DNA of 64,000 nt, taken from contig CM119267.1 of the NCBI GenBank assembly GCA_051294375.1, positions 22,941,486 to 23,005,485 of the forward strand. Direction: 5' to 3'. Origin of the DNA: Paraspadella gotoi. Its lineage: Eukaryota > Animalia > Chaetognatha. Under the pieces are notes generated by a model. It was not told the origin of the DNA. It did not search any database and saw only the letters and a list, made by a program, of their open reading frames with translations. Each line of letters starts with the position of its first letter. Position 1 is the first letter of the stretch. Both the position numbers and the translations under genes were made by a program. This document shows positions 29,088 through 40,468 of this stretch, in pieces.

Positions 29088-30507
29088 TCCTAATTTTTTT
29101 GTTTTAACTTTGCTTTTGGTTGTTAAGTATCGAATTAGTCGCCGTAAGTGAATGTTTAGAACAGTAAAAGAAGGGGACCGAATTTTGGCCCTTAATAAAA
29201 GTTAAAGATGTTCTTTTATGCTCATTTACATATTGCAGAAAATTAGAAGAAAAGGTGAAAAATATTTTTAAAAGCGAATTGTCAAAGAATTTGCAACTTT
29301 TCAAGTAGCTATTGGAGTATTTTTAAATTTTCTAAATATTTCATTTAGAAGAACATTTTTTAATGATACAAAAGGAAAAAATCTTAGAAATTTTTAACCA
29401 TTAGCCAACAGAAAATGATGAAAAAAAATATTATGATTAAAAATAATTTGATAATGGCATTGGCGTTGGAGACAAATTCTTGTGGACGGACATCTGCCGG
29501 CCTCGCCCGCTGGTGTAAATTAAATACCTTATTTGAGGGCCTTTGAGGCTACTCTTTCGAGCCTTCAATCAAGTCATTTAGTGGTACTTTAATTGGCATT
29601 GCCTAAATATTTTTGTTAAGGAATATCTTGTTTTTTTTCTTCTTTTATCAGAAGTTTATATGATTCGAATCATATTAAGGTCGAAATTCTTTTTGCCTGT
29701 ATTAGGACAATCCGTAAGTATGAGCTTTAGAATTCTAAGGGAAAAAAGCAATGTCGCTCTAAAGCTTTAGAGGTGTTCAAAAATCTCATTTGCATATTGC
29801 AGTAATTTTTTTAGTTTTCCACTGATAAGCCTTTTTAAGTACAATAATTATTTCTTTTATTTTTAGTTATTTAAAATTTTGAAAGCAGTTAAAAAAATAT
29901 TTGATTGATTTTTAGTAAATTTTCACGTTTCCGAAAACGAAAAAAGTGTAGAAATATAAATATTTTACAGAACACTGCGAAAGAGGTATAGGAAATGTTA
30001 AAGTAATCAAAGCAACAAATTGAAGTTACTCCTGTATTTTTATTATTTTCATTTCTTGGGGGCCTCTTGTGTTATAGTGGTAGTTTCCATCAAAAACAAA
30101 GTTGTTACGGGAACCGGCTCAATCCGATGATCCCTTCCAACAGGTCCGCGCCTCCGACGGCGCCTTCCGCCGCCAATCCGCGACGGCGACCGTCCTCGTC
30201 AAACTCATCGACGTCAACGATTCTCCGCCGGCTTTCGATCTCCCCGACTACCACGCCTCCGTCGACGAGAACGCCCCCGCCGGTACACGCGTCACTCAAG
30301 TCTCCGCCCACGACCCGGACTCGGGCGTCCACGCTATCGTCAACTACGCCCTCGTGGGGCCGCTGGACGGACCGCGTCGGGCCTTCGCCGTGGATCCTTC
30401 CACGGGGGTCGTGACCACGACGGAAGAGTTGGACTTCGAGGCGCAGAGTCTGTGGGTGCTGCACGTGGTTGCGTCCAATCCGGGGATGCAGGTGCGGGAA
30501 TGGAGAG

Positions 30508-30555
<48 letters not shown>

Positions 30556-33500
30556 GTGTATGTGCGTAGAACGTGAGATAGATGGGTACAAATAATAGAT
30601 CATGGAGAGATCCAAATCATTTTATCTGCATTTTCAATTAATGACATTACGTTATTTACAATTTACTGGGTCCTCGTATCCCTGCTCAATGAAAGAGATG
30701 ACCATGATTATATTTTCCCCTTTCACCCCCCCCCGTCAACACCCCCTGTCCCCCCTTCCACAAATCAGGAGACCCTCTGCAACGTCCACGTTAACGTCCG
30801 CTCCTTCAACGAGTATCGCCCCGTCTTCGTCGAGCGTCGACTCAACTTCGACATTCCCGCCAATCTAGCCGTCGGCAGCCGAGTCGGCGAAGTCTTGGCC
30901 ACCGACTCGGACGGCGGGCTGCACGGCGAGATTCGGTACCACCTCATCGGAAAGAGTCTGGACGAGCCTTTCCGGTTGGACGAGGCTTCGGGAGTTATCA
31001 GTTTGAAGGTGAGAAGGATGACGACGATGACAATGATTAAAAATATTGAGTGATAATTATTATTTTAATGTATTTGTATTTATATTTGTATTTAGTTTTA
31101 GTTTTAGTTTTAGCCTCTGTATCGTATTTTAAGAAGGGATGTATTTTTTAAGTCTCTTTTCTTCTCATGGTTTAAAAAACCGTAACTTAAAAATTCACCC
31201 CGAATCGCCCCTAACAATTTCCTCCACTCCCCAACCCACAGTCACCCTCGGATCCCGCCAACACCCTCGAGGGCCGATCCCTCGTCGTCCTCCACGTCCT
31301 AGCCAAAAACGAAGGCAGCGTTCGTGGAAACGACACGGATCAAGCCGAGGTTCGGATCAACTTACTTCCCGCGGCCCCGCGACTTACTTTCAGACGCCAC
31401 GCCCACAAAGTAAGTTTCACTCCGTCTTTGATTGTAACATTTAATAATTTGCGATTAACTGTTCAAAGCTACAAAAATTAATACTATCGAAAAATTTCAT
31501 GAAAATTCAATCGCATTCACCGGTTCCAATTCTTAATTTGGGGATAATTTTAAATTGGTTGTACAATAATAAAATCTTTCCTGTTGAGGCGACTTTATTT
31601 TGCATAGCAATTTTAGCATAATAGTGATTCTTCTTTTTATTATTTGATTTTTTTTTTCGCAAAGGGTACGACGAGAAACATCATTTTTTATAAACAGGAA
31701 ATAATCATAAGAGTGATGTACAGAAATAACGGACAGCTTGGTAATTATGAGAGTAAACAACTGCATTATGTATACTGGAGTGACGTTTTTTCTTCAGGTC
31801 CACGTGCCTGAAGACGCGGAGCAAGGACGAAGAGTGGTTAGGCTGGAACTGGTGGCCAACGACGACGCCGGCGAGGTGCGCTACGAACTCCACGACGCCG
31901 TCGCGGTCTCAAAGGCGCCACCTTTTCGCGTCGACAATGACGGCGTCGTTTTCGTCGACGGTCCGCTGGATCGCGAGACGGTCGCCCTCTACAATCTTTC
32001 GGTGACGGCGTCCAAAGTCGATGGAGGATCGACGTCTCGAACCGGTGTGGTCGGCGTCGTCGTCGTCGTTGACGATGTGAACGATTCTGGTCCAGATGTC
32101 GATCCAGTTTATTTGAAGGTAAGGTTCAGAAAACAAAAGGCAGGGAAATTCTTTCCTAAAAGTAAGTTTATGTCATTGCCTTCTGATTAGTTTATCATGA
32201 AGTTATAAAAATGATAAAATTTAAAAATGTAATAAAATATATCATTAAATAATAATAAATGATAATAATGAAAAAAAAACGAAATAAAATAATAATAAAA
32301 AGTATATAAACTCATCTAGATGTAAATTAAAGTCGAAAACCCACCCGCAAAATTTAAAACCTTTAATTTTTAAACATCAACAACAGGCCCACCTTACGGA
32401 AAACCAACCCGGCCCCGTCCCCCTCATCCGCCTTCGCCCGACCGACCCGGACACGCCCCTCAACGGCGCTCCTTTCCGCTTTCAACTCCTAGACGTCTTC
32501 GACGGCGACGGAACGCGCGTGGACGAGCCTCTCTTTGACGTCGACGCCTCCACCGGCGCCCTTCGCTCCCTCGGCGCCGTCGACCGCGAGATCCGCGACC
32601 GATTCCGCGTCGGGATCCGAGTCTCCGACTCCGGAACGCCTCGTCGATCCTCTGACGTCGAAGTCGACGTCGTCGTCGAGGACATCAACGACAACCCCTC
32701 GTTTCCACGGAGGGTGGAGGTGAGGGGGTTGGGGGGGTGAAGGATGAGAGAGTAAAGTGGAAGATGAAAATGCACATGAGATTATTGTGAATAAGTAAAG
32801 TATTTTAGTTTCTTCTAATGTAGTTGAGTTATCTACGGAGTTACATATTTTTTTTATCTCATCTCATGTGTTTTGAATTTAGGTTATACCTTTTTTCATA
32901 AATTATTAAAAGTGACCGTGTGGATTGACCGGCTCGGAGAAAGAGGAGAGAGGAAGGGTTAATAAATAACATTTTCACTATTTAGTAGTTAGTACTCGCT
33001 CCGTGAATGACTAAGTAAGATCCCAATCAAATAAATGACGTACAACAATCTATTTTCCTGTCAAAAAGTCTCTTTTCTTAATTTTTTTATTAACAGTCAC
33101 ATTTATAGTGTAAATAGACCGGAAGTTTACAAGAAACGTTAAAAAACGTAAAACGCTGATTCATATTTTTTTTTAATTTATTGACGATGAGAATCACTTA
33201 ACAAGCTAATCACAAACGTACGAAACTCCAATTGTATGAGTTTTTATAAAAAATGCGTCGAACATTAGTTGTCTTTTTGTTCATAATGAAGCACCACGCC
33301 ACAATATAACTACAATATGCAAACGAGATCGTCTTTATTCTCCCCAGGTTTGGGTCGCTGCTGCGAATCGACTTCTCGATCGTCCCGTCGTCGTCGCCGA
33401 CGTCGGCCCCTTGGACGCCGACTCTACCGGCGACTACGCCTGCCGCTTCGCCGACGTTGCTACCGACGACGTCTTCCAATTTTCCCGCGGCTGCGAGTTG

Positions 33501-36500
33501 ACGCTGCGTCGAAAGCCTTCGACGAGCCATTCCGAGTTCAAAGTGGCCGCTTCGGACGGGATGCACGCTGAGGTGGAGAACGAAGTTTCGGTCAGATTGT
33601 TGGAGGCGGATCTTGAGGCAGCCGCCCAGCACGCCGTCCATTTGAAGCTCTTGGGTAAGTCCACTTCTGAATCTTCTTTGAATCTTCTTTGAATCTTCTT
33701 TCCACTTGGGTAAGACCGTGTTAATTTTGGGTGTCAATTTTGCGATGCATTTTAATCAATGTCAACAAACATTAAACTTCAATCTTACGATTCAATTTTG
33801 ACAAACCCACTTTTCTATTGACTGTATTAATTTTTCTCAAAAGTGTGTCTGTTTCTATATATATACACGAAGGCGCATTGCACGATGCGAATTGTTCAAA
33901 ACACCTTAATCATTAACCAGCAACCTGCCTCTTCTCAATCAACTCTCTCCCCAGGCCACTTAATCCATATCCTCTTGATTCATCCCCACCCCTTATTTAA
34001 TTCACCCCCTCCCCCCTTCCAAACCAGGCTCCCCCTCCACCCTCTTCGACAACGGATTCTTCGTCAACTTCGTCTCCAAACTCGAATCTCTTCTCTCTCC
34101 TCTTCACGACATCCAAATCCTCGGCGTGGAAGAGGACGAGGAAGAAGACGAGGAAGATGACTCCTCCCCTCCCTCCCTCTCTCTCTTCCTCGCCGCTAAA
34201 CTTCGCTCCTCCGATTCCTACCTTCCTTCCTCTTCCCTCCAACCCTTCCTCCGTTCCTCCCTCTCTTCTCTGCACGCTTTGGCGTTGGTCGTCGACGATG
34301 GCGACGGCGACGTCGACTTCGATCCCTGCTCCGCAGCGCCCTGCGGTCCAGCGTCGCGCGGCGCCTGCGCTTCGCGCCTGGAGATCCCGACGACGACGCC
34401 GCTTCGACCGGCGTCCATCGCTTCGGCGACCCTCGTCTTTTCCGGTCCGCGAGTCCGGCGCCGAGTTGACTGCGCCTGCGTGGCTCCTTTCGTCGGTCCC
34501 TTTTGCCGGAAATCGGCGGATCAGTGCGCTCGACCGGACGCTTGCCGGAACGGCGGCACGTGCCGGCCAACGGCCTCGGGGACGCCGGAGTGCGCGTGCC
34601 GGGAGGGCTTTGCCGGGCCCAAGTGCGACGACGTGGACGAGTGCCGGGAATCGAGTCCGTGCCGGGGCGAAGGCGCGCGTTGCCGGAATCTCGTCGGCGG
34701 ATTCGAGTGTCTGTGTCCGGCCGGACGGACGGGCCGACGCTGCGAGACGGTGCTGGATGTCTGTGCTGCGGGGCCCTGCGCCAACGGCGGCTCCTGCTCG
34801 AGTCACAACAATGTGGATTATAGGTGAGAAGAATATATATGGAATTTGGGTATCGATTGGCGATCTGCGGATCAAGAGAGAGACAGAGAAGAGAGAGAGA
34901 GAAGAGACAGAGAGAGAGAGCGCTTTATTCTTATTCACCCACCCCACCTTTAGATGCAAATGTCGCTTCGGATTCGCTGGTCGACACTGCGCTCAAGGGA
35001 GTTGGGGCTTCGAAGAGCTAAGCTTCGCCCGACACGAAGTCTCGGCCAAGGGAGTCGGCGACGCCACCGTCCAGTTCTCGACGCTGCGTCGCGAGGCTCT
35101 GCTGCTGGCGCTGGAGTCGTCCTCCGCCTCTCTCGTCCTTATCGCTCAGATCGTCGATGGTCACGTGACTCTTTCCGTCCGGCCCTCCGCCTCCCGCCCC
35201 GCCTCCACGACAAAGATCCCCCACCCGGTCGCCGACGGCTTATGGCATCAACTCTCCCTGGCGCGGACCCTCGAAGGCTACGCCGTAACCGTCTCAGACT
35301 GCCCGACGGGCGACTTGGTCTGCGGTTCGTGCCTGCCCGGCCGTAAGTGTCAAACCACCATCTCGCTGCCCGTCGGGATCGAAGGTTGGTCCTCGTCGCT
35401 GACGGGCGGTTCGCTCTTCGTCGGCGGATCGCCCTCGCGACGATTCGTGGAGAGGTTCGGCGTAGAGTTGTCGGCACACGACTTTGTCGGGTGCCTTCGT
35501 CGGCCGGTGATCAACGGGAGAACGCTGGCCGACTTGGAGGATCTGGACGAAGCCGTCGGGGTGAAGAGGGACTGCGGGAGGTCGGCGACGGACCTCTGCG
35601 GTGCCGGCGCCGCCTGCGAGAACGGCGGAATCTGCGAGGACGTCTGGTCGGACTTTCACTGCACCTGTCCTAAGGTGAGAGAAGGATTGATTAGCGAATT
35701 TCGTTACTATACCATGTAATGCTTGAGAACAGTTTCCATAAATGAAATAATGCTTCATATTGAACGTTCAAAGTGTTTTAAAAATAAATGTGCTAGATGG
35801 CGCCCTAAATTATGCTAAAAATAGCTAGATTTTTTTTTACTATGCTAAATATTATGCCAAATTATTTTTTTGCTAATTTAATACAAAACTGTTACAAGAG
35901 TAAAGAGAAACGATTATTAATAATAAAAAGCATATTGTCAGATAAACTGCAATATGCAAATGAGAATAAGACAATCGATATTCTTTTTCTTAAGAAGAAT
36001 GAATTAGATACTTTGTAGAATATTATCTTCACATTTCACCCAAACTTTCCCCCCCCCCACACACACAGGTCAAATCCGGCAAACGCTGTACGAACGAGCC
36101 TTCTCCCCTGGTCTTCGGCCCGGACGGCTACGTGGAGCTGCGAGAGCGAGAGGCGTACGTGCGTGACGAGATTTTGTCCTCCGTGGGGGCGTCGTCGTCG
36201 TCGAGGCGTCGGTCCGCCCGCGCTCCCTCCTCCTCTTCCTCTTCCTCCCATCCTCAGAGACACCTATCGTTCGAACTCAGAACTCGATCCACCGACGCCG
36301 TCTTGCTATACGCGTCGGAGGCGGACAGCTTCACACTGCTCATGATTATAAACGGACAACTATCCTACGTCACACAGGTGAGCCGGACAGCCAGATTGGC
36401 GAGTGCTAATCTATTGCATAATCTATTCTATTCTAATCTGCTTCATTCAATTCTTCCAATTTAGATATTTCATATCCTGTATTCTGTATTCTTTTTCTAT

Positions 36501-39182
36501 TGTAATCTTTTCTTATCTGTTTTACTCTATGCTATTAAATTATATTCTATTTTTTTACTTTAATTTATCGCACTCTGTTCGGATCTATATTCTATTCTTA
36601 TATTATTCCCAAAACTATATATAGCATGCTAGCAATGTAGACTAATTATGTTGTAATATCAAAACTAAAGAAAAATAATAATAAACACTAAATAAAACTA
36701 TGTAACAAAGTCACATTAGATTTTCATCACTTCTACTCCTCGACTCCTTCCCCCCCCTCCGCCCCCCCGTCCGTCCCCCCCTCCGTCGCCCCCCCCCAGG
36801 TCCTCGGTCGCACAATGAAACCCGTGACCGTCTCCGGCGTCGACGTCTCCACCGGCGAATGGAACCAAATCGCGTTGGTCCTCGCGCAAAACGGGACCGT
36901 CACCCTCGGCGTCAACGGCGTCCAAAAGACGGAACGGGTGGCGGCGTCTCACGACTTTTTGGGCGCGGGAGTCGCCAATCTCTTCGTGGGCGGGACCAAG
37001 ACCCGGATGGACTACGAGGGCTTGGCTTTGCCCAACTTTCAAGTGAGTCGAGTTTGTCAATGTCGCAAAATAGCGTTAGATAAGAGAATGTAATACTTTT
37101 GTGCTGTGGGCTTTTTACCACCGACGTATTATGGCTCGAAAAAAACTTTGTTCTTTTTTAATTCAGGAAAAATTTCTGTTTGTGAACGTATAAAGTTATT
37201 AAAGTTATGAAAGTTATTATTAAATTAAGTGTATCGATTGTCTTAAAGTTTTGAACATTCTCGCCATCTGTTTTGATTGATCTTTACGTGACAGAAGATT
37301 ATTTTCAACTTTTTAAAAAAATTTATTCATCGTCAGAAATTCAGTGTATAATTTAAAATTAAATATTTACTTCAAATCTCCACCACCCCTCCAAACCCCC
37401 CCCCCACAACCTCCACAGGGCTGCATCTCCAACTTCGTCCTCGACGACTCTCCCCTCTCCAACCTCTCTCCATCCTCCCGCTGGAGCCTCCTCGTCCACG
37501 GCGCCGCTCCCCCCTCCTGCGACGCCGTAGCCGCGGCGCCCTTCCCCGCCACGGCGCCGCTCGGTGACGCCGTCGTCGCCGCCGTCGTTGCGCGTTCTGC
37601 GCCGTCGTCGCTTTCGTCCTCGTTATCGTCGTCGCCGCTATCGCGTGGCGCCGACGACGCCGGTTTTGCGTCAAACGCGCCGACGATTACGATTCCGCGA
37701 CTTCGTCCAAATGGAAACACGTGGGTTCGACGCTACTGCCGTCGGAGACGATGAGCAGCGCCCTCGGCGTCTCGCGGACGTTCTCGTCTTCCGACGCCGG
37801 GTCCGCTCTTTACGTGGACAACGGCGCTCTCGGAGACGACGCCTCCTTCAACATCCAATACCACGTCAACCGCCAACTGGACCGCGCCAAACGGAATCAG
37901 ATGATGATGACGACGCAGGGGATGATGCCGGCGTCGGCGGCGTCGGCGGCGCCGGATCTTGTCACCGCCACCAATCTCAACATCGTCGCCGCCGGCGGCG
38001 TGCCGTATCGAGCGCCCTCTGTGGATCCTTACTCGGAACCCATGGTGCCGGATCGTTACATGACGGCCGGGCCGGGCGGAGCGATCTCGGCTCAGCAAGG
38101 TTATCCGGCGCGACCTGATTCGCGGCGACGCCCGCCGGCCAACTCTCTCCTGGCGCCGAATCGGCAGCACCGGATGTCGTCGCCGTTGGGGAGGGATCTG
38201 GACTCGGAGTCAGAGTACAGCGCCTTTCGACCGGCGGACGAGAGGCTTCCGCAGCCGTACGCCACCAACTCGTTGAAGGTAAGGCGTTGGAGTATTATAA
38301 TTTTTGTAATATTGTGTTGATTATTTGGCTAAATTATTTAAATATTTTGATTTTTTTAAATTTTATTAATTGAAATTTTGGAATGATTACTTGTTTTATT
38401 TACCGATTAATTTATTTCTTCAGTGGTTGATTAAATTAATTATTTATTGAGTGATTGATTAATTGGTTGATTGATTAAATTAATTATTTATTGATTGATT
38501 AAAAACTGACTTTTTCCTCCTGTTTCCCGTTTAGACGGACCTCTACAACGCGTTGCTAGGCGACGGTCCTCCCCCTACCGCCCGTGGCTCCGGCGTCCCC
38601 GGGTTCCCTCAACCTCCTCGTCCGCCATCCTCCAACGGACAGGAAGACGATTCCGACTCAGACTCTTACGTCTCTCACGACGAATCCTTTACTGGATCCG
38701 AGCCGGACTACGAAACCCCCTACGTGCGCCGTTCCAAGAGCAACAAGAACCTCTACCGACCCTGCAACACTTCGTCGGCCAAGAAGCGGCGCCCGCGCGT
38801 TACCGACAACGCCTACAGCGACTTTCCCGGCCCTCCGTTGGCCTCCTCGTCGCAGCACGAGGATCTAGCGGTGAAGCTGGCCCTGCTGCAGGAGCAGCAC
38901 CGGAGAAGAATGCAACCGGCCGTTGCTACTGCTGCGGCGGCGGCGGCGGCGGCGGGAGATCCGAACAATCCTCAGCCCCTTAATCCGCTGATGGCGTACG
39001 GCGCCGGCGCGGACGAAGCAGGCGGCGGCGCCGACGTCAACGTCGATTCCATCCTTAGTTGGGCGCCCGACTTTTCAAATCTCGTCGAAGTCTTTAGAGA
39101 TATTGCACGATTGCCCGACGTAGATGAGACGACGGCGTCGACGGGCAATTCGGGCGCAAATTCCAGGGGGAAGTTGGTTTGA
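11689..39182 (+). CDS. FAT4: Fat-type giant protocadherin (Fat4 / Drosophila fat orthologue), multi-exon, N-terminus absent from window
   Basis: About 37 GT-AG exons, with approximate starts at 11689, 12750, 13157, 13464, 13878, 14762, 15306, 16052, 16544, 17794, 18433, 19342, 19699, 20023, 20576, 20922, 21200, 21705, 22556, 22985, 23908, 25596, 26263, 27557, 28048, 30144, 30769, 31242, 31798, 32387, 33348, 34028, 34954, 36069, 36800, 37419, 38535. About 30 cadherin repeats (DxNDNxP, LDRE/LDYE, AxDxD). These are followed by an EGF cluster (about 34320-34990), LamG-EGF-LamG (about 35000-37520), a TM helix (about 37565-37650) and a cytoplasmic tail. Fat4/fat-like motifs: LAKNEGSVRGNDTD (about 31298-31340) and ILSWAPDFSNLVEVFRDIARLPD (about 39050-39120). 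A few single-base frameshifts are needed. Confidence 0.92.
12135..12390. repeat. Intronic 18-19 bp minisatellite (CAACTTGCATAATTTTTT)n
   Basis: Tandem variants of aacttgcataattttttc in the first visible Fat intron. Confidence 0.85.
15600..15850. repeat. Compound purine pentanucleotide microsatellite (AAAGT)n/(AAAGG)n/(AAGAG)n
   Basis: Directly visible just downstream of the donor at 15587. Confidence 0.95.
16381..16453. repeat. 11-bp tandem repeat (TGACAAGTTAT), about 6.5 copies
   Basis: Perfect tandem copies. The mirror copy is at about 4938-5020. Confidence 0.95.
21972..21993. promoter_or_regulatory. Recurrent 22-bp motif AATCTMATTTGCATATTGYAGT containing the POU octamer ATTTGCAT (representative copy)
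   Basis: Near-identical copies at about 12522-12543(-), 17065-17083, 21972-21993, 29782-29803, 35946-35964(-), 48199-48218 and 59867-59888(-). Function is inferred only. Confidence 0.5.
24785..24857 (-). tRNA. tRNA-Arg (anticodon ACG)
   Basis: Reverse complement GGCCTTGTGGCGCAATGGATAACGCGTCTGACTACGGATCAGAAGATTCCAGGTTCGAATCCTGGCAAGGTCA. 73 nt, acceptor stem GGCCTTG/CAAGGTC, A and B boxes, anticodon loop CTACGGA, T-run downstream. Confidence 0.97.
25078..25149 (-). tRNA. Initiator tRNA-Met (CAT)
   Basis: Reverse complement AGCAGCGTGGCGCAGTGGGAGCGTGCTGGGCCCATAACCCAGAGGTCGATGGATCGAAACCATCCGCTGCTA. 72 nt, A1-U72 pair, GGG/CCC anticodon stem and ATCGAAA T-loop typical of eukaryotic iMet. TTTT follows a few nt downstream. 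Confidence 0.97.
35790..35805 (+). promoter_or_regulatory. CTCF-like core motif (TGCTAGATGGCGCCC) in a Fat intron
   Basis: Matches the YAGRKGGCGC CTCF core and stands out in AT-rich sequence. Motif match only. Confidence 0.4.
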
Positions 39183-40468
39183 ACAACAAGAACCAAGAAC
39201 AAAAATAAGAAAAAAACAAAAGTCTCATTGTCTCACCCGCCAAATTAATCACAACAACAACAACAAAAAAAACAATTTGAACGCTGATCTCAATCGATCT
39301 TGGCTCTTGCGAAAAAGTACTATTATTAATATTATTATTTTGCTGCTACTACTACTTAAGCTTTGTTTCTTGACTGATAATTTTCTAGTTCTCTTTTGTC
39401 GATGGCATAAAAGTTAAAACACGGATTTTTTTTAAACATATTAAATACCAAAAACGACAAGTGAAGCCGTTTCCAAATTTATATTTTTCTAAATTTCACT
39501 TTCGAAGATCCGTCCAAAAATATATCGTTTCTGAGTTTAAAAATATTCTTTCAATTTTTCATATTTTTAACTTTAAATCTCACGACCAATGAGTCAAATC
39601 TTTCTCTCTTCGTTACCTCATCTTCGTTGAATGTTTGATGTTTGATGATTATTATCTAATTATAATTAATCACTCCACCTCCCCCCCACACCTTCTCCCA
39701 AATTATTTCATCATTCATCTTTTCATCCAAAATTCACAAATTCACCAAAGTCATTCGCCCAATGGGAACTCGATCACTCACTCACTCGGACGGTCTTTGA
39801 CTCTCACCGTATGGCTGAAAAGTACTTTTCCCCAGTTTATTTTCCATGTTTTTATTTTTATTATTATTATTATTTTATGTTTTATATAATCTTCTTTCAA
39901 TTCGTTGTTTTTGAGATTAGAGGAAAATAAAAATTATGATTTATTTGAATAAAGCTATCGTTGTTGCGAATAAATCATTATTTTTCTTTTCCTCTATTTT
40001 GTGTTTTGAAAATTTTGGTATCGCTGCTTTAGATTTTTTATCATTATAGTAGAATTTTCCGATTTTTCTGTTTTCTTATTCCTTGAATTTTTTTTATAAT
40101 TTGAAATAAATTTTTTTTTTGGAAAACTACTTTTTTGAAATGAAATTTTAACTGTAGCTACTTAATTTTACAACATCTAAAGAAAAGCCGATTTGAAAGC
40201 GGAAAAAAATTTTTGATTCGTTCAGTATTTTTTTGAGATCAAGAGAAAATTGAGTAGAAGAGTAAAAGAGTAAAATTGAGTCAGTGGCAAGAGAAAATAA
40301 TATTGTACAAAAAGTGAACAATTTTTAAAACAAAGAATCGTTGATATTTTTTTTTTTTGATGTGGCTCGTGACGATGTAAAGATTCGATAAATAGACTTT
40401 AAGCTTGAACTAAAAAAAATAAACTCGTTGAATTAAATTAGTTTCGGATTTTAAAACATTTCGATCTT

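Noticed and set aside
29455-29590. Small GC-richer patch inside a Fat intron
   Set aside because: No recognisable RNA motif, splice sites or repeat structure; nothing supportable.
22995-35758. Many antisense and alternate-frame Arg-rich ORFs overlapping Fat exons (e.g. 28136-28963, 33997-34959)
   Set aside because: Shadow ORFs expected in GC-rich, stop-poor coding DNA; no independent motifs.
11689-39182. Alternative identity as Dachsous, Fat1-3/kugelei, Celsr or classical cadherin
   Set aside because: About 30 repeats plus EGF and two LamG domains, a single TM and Fat4/fat-type motifs fit Fat4. Dachsous lacks EGF/LamG, Fat1-3 has one LamG, and Celsr is 7TM.
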